A stretch of 64,000 bases of DNA. Origin: Escherichia phage vB_EcoM_PHB13. The DNA lies in the sequence record MK573636; one strand, given 5' to 3'. Shown here one piece after another: positions 43,946 through 51,850 of the stretch (its first letter is position 1; each line of letters starts with the position of its first letter). Made by a program: the position numbers and the translations under genes. Under the pieces are notes generated by a model, which searched no databases, had not been told where the DNA came from, and saw only the letters and a program-made list of their open reading frames with translations.

Positions 43946-44971
43946 ATGAAAATTTTGCTTTTAGGTGATCTGCATACTGGCATCGGTGGCGATGATCCGT
44001 GGGTGCATGAGTATATTTTAGACACGATCAAGAAAGCTGTTGATTATTCTAAAGAAAATGGTATTAAGATATGGATTCAAACAGGGGATTGGTTTGATTG
44101 TCGCAAGGCTATCACACATGAAACCATGAAATTTAACCGTACTAAGGTCATCCCATTACTGGAAGAGGCAGGAATCACCTGTTATATCACGGTCGGGAAT
44201 CATGATATGTTTAAACGCAATAAGATCCAGCCTAACGCGCCGCGTGAAGTGTTAAGCCAGTATGATTGCATTAAGGTTATTGATAAGCCAGAAACAGTTA
44301 CCTTTGATGGGGTATCATTCGACCTGTTCCCGTGGTTTTGTGATGACAATAAATCCGAGGTTTTAGAGTTTATTCAAAATTCATTCAGCGAATATTGTGT
44401 AGGCCATTGGGAATTGTCCGGCTACTATTTCTATAAAGGGTTAAAATCCGAAGGTTATAGCGCGGACTTCCTCAAGAAATACCGTGAAGTGTTTTCCGGT
44501 CACTTTCATACTATCAGTGATGGCGGTAACGTAACGTATATTGGCACACCATACACACTAACGGCTGGCGACGAAAATGATCCGCGTGGTTTTTGGGTAT
44601 TCGATACAGATACACACAAAAAGGAGTTTATCCAGAATGACAAAACTTATCATGTGCGTATCACTTACCCGTCAGATGATAAAATCGATGTAGAACGCTT
44701 TAAAGGGCTTAGTGTGCGCCTAATTGCAACGGTCGCTGATAATGGGTTAACTAAGTTAGAAAGCGCGTTAGAAGCCGTTGTGCATAAGCTAAAAGTTGTC
44801 CATAAGCTGGAGAGTAGCGCATCACAGGAAACAGGTGTTATTGAAGTTAAAAGCACTATTCAGATGGTCTATGAATATCTGGAAGAACAAAACCTAGAAC
44901 CGGAAGAACTTGCGGCGGTCAAGCGTATTTCTGATGAACTTTTAGCCGAAGTAAATAACGCAAAAAGTTAG
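43946..44971 (+). CDS. 47: recombination endonuclease subunit gp47 (Mre11-like)
   Basis: 341 aa; calcineurin-like phosphoesterase motifs (LGDLHTG, GDWFD, GNHD, GHFH); T4 gp47 is 339 aa. Confidence 0.85.
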   Translation: MKILLLGDLHTGIGGDDPWVHEYILDTIKKAVDYSKENGIKIWIQTGDWFDCRKAITHETMKFNRTKVIPLLEEAGITCYITVGNHDMFKRNKIQPNAPREVLSQYDCIKVIDKPETVTFDGVSFDLFPWFCDDNKSEVLEFIQNSFSEYCVGHWELSGYYFYKGLKSEGYSADFLKKYREVFSGHFHTISDGGNVTYIGTPYTLTAGDENDPRGFWVFDTDTHKKEFIQNDKTYHVRITYPSDDKIDVERFKGLSVRLIATVADNGLTKLESALEAVVHKLKVVHKLESSASQETGVIEVKSTIQMVYEYLEEQNLEPEELAAVKRISDELLAEVNNAKS

Positions 44972-45000
44972 TTGACGCGGGGAGAAATCCCCGTTATACT
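44972..45000 (+). promoter_or_regulatory. sigma70-type early promoter cassette with spacer palindrome
   Basis: TTGACG-CGGGGAGAAATCCCCG-TATACT. Confidence 0.55.
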
Positions 45001-45025
45001 CTCTAAAAATTGATTGGAGGTTGTT

Positions 45026-45271
45026 ATGGTTACTAATGCACTGAAAGAAATCAACGAAGGTTTGTCGAAATTCACTAAGATCCATGTATTTGAGGTTGTG
45101 CGAGATGGTCAGTATATGCTATCATTTCGGTCTAACTATGGTTTATGGACTCATGACGAAATCCCATTTGATCGTGAAAATATCACCAAAGAGTGGCTAA
45201 CAAACATCGTATCCCGTAAGGTTGCTGATATTACCCAGAATGTTATTGCTCGTGAATCGTGGAGTATGTAA
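45026..45271 (+). CDS. hypothetical protein
   Basis: About 81 aa after GGAGG SD. Confidence 0.4.
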   Translation: MVTNALKEINEGLSKFTKIHVFEVVRDGQYMLSFRSNYGLWTHDEIPFDRENITKEWLTNIVSRKVADITQNVIARESWSM

Positions 45272-45272
45272 A

Positions 45273-45590
45273 ATGAAAACACTTGCACAAAAAGTAGTAG
45301 AATTTAATGCAGCTTTGCCTATGTTTGCTCGACGTAAGGGGATCTCCGTTGATGTATGGTATTCTAAAGAGCATGAAGAAGTTCGGATGATGGTCGAAAA
45401 GCGACTCACCGATACTACTGTTAAGTGTAAGATTCGCTCTATTCCTCGCGCGGAAATAGAATTTGATGAAAGCTATTACTTTACGCTGCGTCATGTGCTG
45501 AAACAAGCAGTGGATGAACTTTTAGAAGACCTGAAACAATATGAGATTGAACGAGGAACATATTATGAATACGACTATGGTCGCGGCTGA
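45273..45590 (+). CDS. hypothetical protein
   Basis: About 105 aa. Confidence 0.4.
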   Translation: MKTLAQKVVEFNAALPMFARRKGISVDVWYSKEHEEVRMMVEKRLTDTTVKCKIRSIPRAEIEFDESYYFTLRHVLKQAVDELLEDLKQYEIERGTYYEYDYGRG

Positions 45591-46137
45591 TTCTGATTGG
45601 TTGGTAATGGAACATTTTATTAAATTGGTGCACACATACACACTAAAACAATCACATTGCAAGAATCCGATCTATGGCTATCTGAAAGCGCGTATTGCTA
45701 AAATGTGGGGTCAGCCAGTGGTTAAGATGTGGTATGATGACGGTTATCGTCGTTACCTTAAAGTGATTCATCCACAGGATTTGATGGTAACTATGGACAT
45801 TGGCGACTTTGTAAAAGACAAAGTAGAATCCATTATTAAGAGTGTGGTTGGTGAATATAATCCGATTGTATATGGTGCTTTCGTACAGTGGAAACAATCC
45901 AGCAAGTATTATTTTCCGAATACTCCATTGACGTTAACAGGTTGGATCTCTGTCATGCATAGTGGGGTATTCCTGGAAGCGTCAGAGACAATGTATAAAG
46001 GGTATATTCTCCCGCATCGACTGGTGAAATGTGATTACCGCTTGACTGTAGGTGAATTTCGCGATATTCTGGAACAGCAAGCGGAAGACCTGCAAGGTGA
46101 AATTGAAGAATTTTTAGAGGAACATAAACTAAAATGA
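45565..46137 (+). CDS. hypothetical protein
   Basis: About 190 aa from GAGGAACATATT-ATG. Confidence 0.4.
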   Translation: MNTTMVAADSDWLVMEHFIKLVHTYTLKQSHCKNPIYGYLKARIAKMWGQPVVKMWYDDGYRRYLKVIHPQDLMVTMDIGDFVKDKVESIIKSVVGEYNPIVYGAFVQWKQSSKYYFPNTPLTLTGWISVMHSGVFLEASETMYKGYILPHRLVKCDYRLTVGEFRDILEQQAEDLQGEIEEFLEEHKLK

Positions 46138-46397
46138 TTCTATCGATGACCTACCTTAGACACAGGGTTATAGAAGGTCTTCGCGAATATCTGGCATTGA
46201 ATAAAGGGATTTATGTTGATCCCTTTATGACATATGATCCTGCGACACTGGATTATGTGATCATGTTGCCAGATCGCAGAGACACATTAGTTAAAGTGAA
46301 GGCGGCAAGTGTTTACAACATTGATGAAGATGTGTTAGCATTTAATATTATGGAATGTGTGATTGCGGAGTGGCTTAATGGCAAAGTTAAATTTTAA
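46134..46397 (+). CDS. hypothetical protein
   Basis: 87 aa; ATGA overlap. Confidence 0.4.
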   Translation: MILSMTYLRHRVIEGLREYLALNKGIYVDPFMTYDPATLDYVIMLPDRRDTLVKVKAASVYNIDEDVLAFNIMECVIAEWLNGKVKF

Positions 46398-48060
46398 AAC
46401 CTTGCGCTATCAAAATATAATGAGCGTGGGTGCTGAACCTGTTGAGATTCAGCTAGACGGATTCAAAAAGACACTAATCACTGGTGTCAACGGTGCTGGT
46501 AAATCGACCATGATCGAGGCGCTTTGCTTTGTGTTGTTCGGTAAACCGTTTCGTAGTATCAAGAAAGGCCAATTGATTAACAGCGTCAACAAAAAGAAAC
46601 TGTTAGTCGAAGTCTGGTTTGAACTGGACGGGAAAGAGTTTTATATCAAACGTGGTCAAAAACCGGAAGTATTCGAAGTGCATCGAGACGGTCAAAAGAT
46701 CGACGAGAGCGCAAGCACCAAAGACTTTCAGGAATATTTTGAAGGTATCATAGGAATGAACCTAGCCAGCTTTAAACAGATCGTTGTTTTAGGCACTGCT
46801 GGTTATGTTCCGTTTATGAGTCTTCCGGCAGCGGGTCGCCGTAAACTGGTCGAGGATTTGCTTGATATTGCTACGCTAGGCGAAATGGATAAACTGAATA
46901 AAGCGTATGTGCGCGAGATAACCCAGAATATCCAAATGCAGGAAATGAAAGCTAATCACGTTCAGCAACAAATCAACACTCATAAAAAGTACATAGAGGA
47001 CGCGAGCAAGGCTAGTGCCGAGAATCTACAGCGTTTGCAGAATATGTATGATAAAGAGGTAGAATCGGCTAAAGCATTTAAAGCCGAAGAAACGCGCTTG
47101 ACCGATGAGCTATTGGCTGTTGTTATGCCGGAAGATCCTAGCGCGGCATTGGCTAAAATTAATACGGCTATCGCACAGATTGGTGCGCAGATCCAGAACT
47201 TTGACCGTGTTATCCATATGCACGAGAAAGGCGGGATCTGTCCTACGTGCACACAACCGATCATTCAAGGTAATGATCAAGCTGTACGCGAACAAAAAGC
47301 ACAAGCAGAACATAAACTGTCTCTGATTGACGAGAAACGCGTAGAATACGCAGAGAAGGCCAATTCTTTCCAGACAGCACAAACTAAGGTCTTGGAAATT
47401 AAACGCGCTATAGAGTCACAGAGAGCGAATTTAACAGCATCTGTAGGTCGGGCTAAACAGATCCAGAAAGAAATTCAGGAATTACAAAAAGAAAGGGTTG
47501 ACAATTCCGAAGAACTTGCTAAACTGGAACACGAACTGGTAGAGATTACTAATGAAAAATCAAAGCTAGTTCTTGAAAAATATCACCGTGGATTTGTAAC
47601 AGAAATGTTGAAGGATTCCGGTGTTAAGGCGTCTATCGTCAAGAAATATATTCCATATTTCAATGATCGGATTGCGTATTATCTTGATATCATGGAAGCG
47701 GATTATATCTTTACGCTAGATGAAGAGTTTAACGAAACAATCAAATCACGGGGGCGTGAATCGTTTTCGTATACATCGTTCAGTCAAGGCGAAAAGGCAC
47801 GTATTGACCTTGCGATGCTCTTTACATGGCGTGATGTTGCTGGTAAAGTATCTGGTACTAATATTTCTTTGTTGGTGCTCGACGAAATTTATGATGGGGC
47901 TACGGACGTTCAAGGCGTAAAAGCACTTGATTCCATCATTGACAAATTAGATGATAACGTGTATATTATCAGCCATCGTGACCATAACCCTGATGATTTT
48001 AGCCGTCATCTCAAGATGGTTAAACGTGGGCGATTCACTGAAATGAATGTTAACATTTGA
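46378..48060 (+). CDS. 46: recombination endonuclease subunit gp46 (Rad50/SbcC-like ATPase)
   Basis: 560 aa; N-terminal Walker A (GVNGAGKST), long central coiled coil with CxxC zinc hook (CPTC), C-terminal ABC signature/Walker B (SQGEKARIDLA...LLVLDE). Confidence 0.85.
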   Translation: MAKLNFKTLRYQNIMSVGAEPVEIQLDGFKKTLITGVNGAGKSTMIEALCFVLFGKPFRSIKKGQLINSVNKKKLLVEVWFELDGKEFYIKRGQKPEVFEVHRDGQKIDESASTKDFQEYFEGIIGMNLASFKQIVVLGTAGYVPFMSLPAAGRRKLVEDLLDIATLGEMDKLNKAYVREITQNIQMQEMKANHVQQQINTHKKYIEDASKASAENLQRLQNMYDKEVESAKAFKAEETRLTDELLAVVMPEDPSAALAKINTAIAQIGAQIQNFDRVIHMHEKGGICPTCTQPIIQGNDQAVREQKAQAEHKLSLIDEKRVEYAEKANSFQTAQTKVLEIKRAIESQRANLTASVGRAKQIQKEIQELQKERVDNSEELAKLEHELVEITNEKSKLVLEKYHRGFVTEMLKDSGVKASIVKKYIPYFNDRIAYYLDIMEADYIFTLDEEFNETIKSRGRESFSYTSFSQGEKARIDLAMLFTWRDVAGKVSGTNISLLVLDEIYDGATDVQGVKALDSIIDKLDDNVYIISHRDHNPDDFSRHLKMVKRGRFTEMNVNI

Positions 48061-48277
48061 CAGAGTAACGCAGCCGGAGTTAGAATTGTATACCTTAATC
48101 AATCTATATTCCGGTGAAGAATATGTAGTTAGTATGGGGGATATGAAAAACAGCATATACAGCGATGCAGACATAACAAAAATGTTGTCTTGTCGTCATC
48201 ATGAGTTTATGCTGGTCCCCAACTTTGATAAACTTGATTACCCTGATGCTGGGGTTGCAACAAACTTTAGAACGTGA
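48047..48277 (+). CDS. hypothetical protein
   Basis: 76 aa. Confidence 0.35.
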   Translation: MLTFDRVTQPELELYTLINLYSGEEYVVSMGDMKNSIYSDADITKMLSCRHHEFMLVPNFDKLDYPDAGVATNFRT

Positions 48278-48307
48278 TATACTGATTTTATTTTGGAGAT
48301 TAATATT

Positions 48308-48685
48308 ATGACTACTTCCGCAAACCTGGCTAAAATTACTGTAGCAGACATTCAGAACAAGAAAACCAGTCTCGAATTTGACCGAGCAATGAACAAGATC
48401 CGTAAAGCGTGGGTACTACAAATGCCAGAAAGCGAGAAAGCTAAAATGAAGGTTATCCCGCAGCAAGCACGCTTTGAACTGTACGCGCATATTGATGATA
48501 TGGTGCAAAAAGAATGGATCGCGGCAATGCGCAAGTATTACGATGATTCAATTGCTAAAGGCGCTAAAACTATTCGAGGTAAAGATATTCTCGAAAAGGG
48601 TTATCAGATTGACACCGATGAACTGCTGATTGAAGCCGCTAGCGTAGTAGTAACTCGTCTGATCGCAATTGCTGATGGGAAGTGA
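48308..48685 (+). CDS. hypothetical protein
   Basis: About 125 aa from GGAGATTAATATT-ATG. Confidence 0.4.
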   Translation: MTTSANLAKITVADIQNKKTSLEFDRAMNKIRKAWVLQMPESEKAKMKVIPQQARFELYAHIDDMVQKEWIAAMRKYYDDSIAKGAKTIRGKDILEKGYQIDTDELLIEAASVVVTRLIAIADGK

Positions 48686-48689
48686 TAGA

Positions 48690-49067
48690 ATGAAACGTAT
48701 GAGCTTAAAAGAACAATTAATGTTTATCGACCTTGACTATAAACTATTCCCGATACCGTTTGATTATGTCAAACGTGGCTGTGTGGTTAATTTTGATATT
48801 GGAACCGATAGCAACATTTGGCATTTTGTTGTTGATGAGTTTGTTGATAATGTGATTCGTCGTAAACTTGCGTTTGATGTTCGTGGTGATCTGGTATATC
48901 TCGAAGGTAAGAAGACCGCAAAGAATCCTGTTACTGTCTATGCTCTGCAACAATACTTGACAGCATACATTGGATTTAAGTATACTCATGCTATTGATGA
49001 GCAAGCTGCGGAAAACTTCCAAAACAAAATGCTCAAGATTCGTAACGAACACGCAGTAAACCCATAA
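48690..49067 (+). CDS. hypothetical protein, possible RNA polymerase-binding protein RpbA by position
   Basis: About 125 aa, immediately upstream of gene 45 where T4 has rpbA (129 aa). Synteny only. Confidence 0.3.
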   Translation: MKRMSLKEQLMFIDLDYKLFPIPFDYVKRGCVVNFDIGTDSNIWHFVVDEFVDNVIRRKLAFDVRGDLVYLEGKKTAKNPVTVYALQQYLTAYIGFKYTHAIDEQAAENFQNKMLKIRNEHAVNP

Positions 49068-49099
49068 TTAATTGATTAACATGATAAGGTGATTTGAAT

Positions 49100-49786
49100 A
49101 TGAAACTAACTAAAGAAACTGTTGCGATCCTGAAAAACTTTTCCGCTATTAACCCAGGTATCATCCTGAAAAAAGGAAACGTCCTGATCACCAAAAACAT
49201 GACAAACGTTGTATATGGTGAAGCGACTCTGAATCAAGAACTGGAACACGAAATCGGGATCTATGATCTTAACTCTTTCCTGGGCATTCTGAATCTGGTG
49301 GGCGATGAAGCAGATATTACGGTTGATAACCGCACCGGAAACATTCGTGTGTCTAATGATCGTCTGAAAATTAATTATCCTGGTGCTAGTGCTGCTGCTA
49401 TCGTATCACCGAAAGGCCGAGTTACTCCACCTGCAAGCGATGTAGATTACGAACTGAGCAACGACGATCTGAAACAGCTTATGAAAATGAGCAATCAGCT
49501 TAAAGTGGATCGCCTTGAATTTCTTCCGATTGATGGTCGTCTGATGATCAAAGGTTGGGAAGAGATTGACAAAAATAATCCTAATGAGATGTTTTGTCTT
49601 GATATGGGCGAATATACCGGAACCGCAGACTTCCATTTCTTTATTCGTAAAGATAACATGAAACTGGTTGCTACTGACTTCGGCGATTACAAACTTAGCT
49701 TCACTCGCCGTAAGGCTGTATGGCTGGCAAGTGAAACCGTATCTTATATGATCGCGTGTGACCTTGACTCAAGCTACACCGACTAA
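49100..49786 (+). CDS. 45: sliding clamp gp45
   Basis: 228 aa, same length as T4 gp45; N-terminus MKLTKETVAILKNFSAINPGIILKKG matches the T4 pattern. Confidence 0.85.
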   Translation: MKLTKETVAILKNFSAINPGIILKKGNVLITKNMTNVVYGEATLNQELEHEIGIYDLNSFLGILNLVGDEADITVDNRTGNIRVSNDRLKINYPGASAAAIVSPKGRVTPPASDVDYELSNDDLKQLMKMSNQLKVDRLEFLPIDGRLMIKGWEEIDKNNPNEMFCLDMGEYTGTADFHFFIRKDNMKLVATDFGDYKLSFTRRKAVWLASETVSYMIACDLDSSYTD

Positions 49787-49851
49787 TATAATATTTGTGG
49801 GGAGTGTAAATACTCCCCGTTTTAATGATGTAATTTGTGAGAGGTGATTAT

Positions 49852-50826
49852 ATGCTGAGTGTTAATGAAAATGAGTTTCAGTGGGAACAGAAATACCGTC
49901 CGAAATCAATTTCTGAATGTATTCTGCCGGAAGCAGATAAAAAGATCTTCGCGCAGATTGTTAAGCAAGGCCGAATCCCTTCTATGATCCTGCATAGCCC
50001 ATCGCCAGGTACTGGTAAAACAACCGTTGCTAAGGCGCTTTGCGAAGATGTGGGTGTTGATTATCTGTTTGTTAACGGCGCAGATTGTAAGATTGATTTT
50101 ATCCGCGATGAGATTACACGCTTTGCGCAGAGTGTATCACTCGATGAAGAAAAACGAGAAAAAGGCAAAGTTGTTATTATCGATGAGTATGACCGAGCGG
50201 GGTTGGCTGACGCTCAAAGACACTTGCGTAGTTTCTCTGAGGCATACTCAAACAACGTGACATTCATTATCACAGCAAACGATCTAGAAGGTATTATCCC
50301 GGCATTACGATCTCGATTTGATCCCATCACGTTTGGATCTCCGACTAAAGATGATCAGCTTCGCATGATGAAAGAAATGATCGTCCGGTGTAAAGCAATT
50401 CTTGATAAAGAAGGTGTACCAGTAGAAGAAATGCGCGTATTAGCGGAATTGGTTAAGCAGAACTTCCCAGACTTCCGGCGCGTAATGAAACTTTTGGACC
50501 GCTACGCTAAACATGGTAAAATTGATGCTGGCGTATTGAGCATGGTTATCGAAAGTAGCAATACCGAAGTAACCGATGTGGTGGAAGCACTTAAAACTAA
50601 ACAGTTTGCTAATGTGCGTAAACTCGCACCACGCTATACCAATACATACGCTCAATTTGTCAAGAAACTTTATAATGAGTTGTATACTCAAGTTAAGCCA
50701 GCTTCTATTATTCGTCTCACTGAGATTATCGGTGAAAATAATCAGATGTTTGCGCACGCGGCTGATAAAGAGATTCACATTGTCTTTTTGTTAATGCAAT
50801 TAATGGTTGAATTGGAGTTCGTATAA
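49852..50826 (+). CDS. 44: clamp loader large subunit gp44 (AAA+)
   Basis: About 324 aa; Walker A SPSPGTGKTT, Walker B VVIIDEYD, sensor SRF; T4 order 45-44-62. Confidence 0.85.
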   Translation: MLSVNENEFQWEQKYRPKSISECILPEADKKIFAQIVKQGRIPSMILHSPSPGTGKTTVAKALCEDVGVDYLFVNGADCKIDFIRDEITRFAQSVSLDEEKREKGKVVIIDEYDRAGLADAQRHLRSFSEAYSNNVTFIITANDLEGIIPALRSRFDPITFGSPTKDDQLRMMKEMIVRCKAILDKEGVPVEEMRVLAELVKQNFPDFRRVMKLLDRYAKHGKIDAGVLSMVIESSNTEVTDVVEALKTKQFANVRKLAPRYTNTYAQFVKKLYNELYTQVKPASIIRLTEIIGENNQMFAHAADKEIHIVFLLMQLMVELEFV

Positions 50827-51404
50827 TGTTAGGTCAATTTTTCGGTGAAGATGATACACAATTAAACGAGCATGAAATTGCATGGCGCTCTCGTGATTGG
50901 GAAAAGGTGTCTGAATTAGCTGACACATTCACCGAGAAAACCGACAATGCATTGTTTGCTCTGATGGATCATATCACCTTAGATAAACAGCGTGTTAATG
51001 TGGGAAACAATTCTGCATATAACCAGAGATGGATTAATACCGCTCTTTCCCAGCACGCAGATTGCCTATATAGCGCGTATGTGATGAATTTAATCGGTCA
51101 TGGCCTCCCAGATCAAATGCATTTTGATTATCTCTTACAGAGTATTTCTAAGGGGAAACGATACGGTAAATGGGCTAAACTAACAGAAGAATTGGACCAA
51201 AAATTGGTTTTAATGGCAGTGGCGAAAGCATATTGTGTAAATATGGATGACGCCCGGTTTTATCTCGATTTGGCTAATGAAAAGGGATATATGGACAAGT
51301 TATTGAAGCACATTAAACCGTATGCGACCGATGAACTTTTGGCGGGTGTTACTAAGAATCAGACAGAAAGGAAACGACTTAAAAAGATTATAGAAAGGTG
51401 GTAA
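50826..51404 (+). CDS. 62: clamp loader small subunit gp62
   Basis: 192 aa; ATGTTAG overlap with the gp44 stop; position as in T4. Confidence 0.7.
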   Translation: MLGQFFGEDDTQLNEHEIAWRSRDWEKVSELADTFTEKTDNALFALMDHITLDKQRVNVGNNSAYNQRWINTALSQHADCLYSAYVMNLIGHGLPDQMHFDYLLQSISKGKRYGKWAKLTEELDQKLVLMAVAKAYCVNMDDARFYLDLANEKGYMDKLLKHIKPYATDELLAGVTKNQTERKRLKKIIERW

Positions 51405-51405
51405 A

Positions 51406-51768
51406 ATGATTGAAATTAATTTGATTAGTCCTGAAAACTTCCTTAAAATTAAGGAGACTTTAACCCGCTGCGGCATTGCCAACAATCGTGACAAGACCCT
51501 GTATCAGTCTTGTCATATTCTCCAGAAGAAAGGGCGCTATTACATCGTTCATTTCAAGGAGTTGTTGAAATTAGATGGTCGTAGTGTTAAAATGACGTGG
51601 GAAGATGAATTACGCCGTAATAACATTGCAAAACTTCTTGCGCAGTGGAATCTGTGTACCCTGATTGATAGTGATTTTGAAACTACCGAAGTTAATAATT
51701 TCCGTGTACTGTCTTTCAAACAGAAAGAAGAGTGGACGCTGATCGAGAAATATCAGATCGGACGCTAA
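51406..51768 (+). CDS. regA: translational repressor RegA
   Basis: 120 aa; MIEINL...HILQKKGRYYIVHFKELL; T4 RegA is 122 aa at the same position. Confidence 0.8.
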   Translation: MIEINLISPENFLKIKETLTRCGIANNRDKTLYQSCHILQKKGRYYIVHFKELLKLDGRSVKMTWEDELRRNNIAKLLAQWNLCTLIDSDFETTEVNNFRVLSFKQKEEWTLIEKYQIGR

Positions 51769-51789
51769 GATACTGATGGGATAGGGGTA

Positions 51790-51818
51790 TTGACAAACTA
51801 AGTCGATTCCCCTATAAT
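51790..51818 (+). promoter_or_regulatory. sigma70-type promoter upstream of gene 43 with palindrome around the -35
   Basis: AGGGG-TATTGACAAACTAAGTCGATT-CCCCT then TATAAT; canonical TTGACA-N17-TATAAT. Confidence 0.55.
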
Positions 51819-51850
51819 GAGTGTCTTTCGTAAGTGAAGGAGTTTATATT

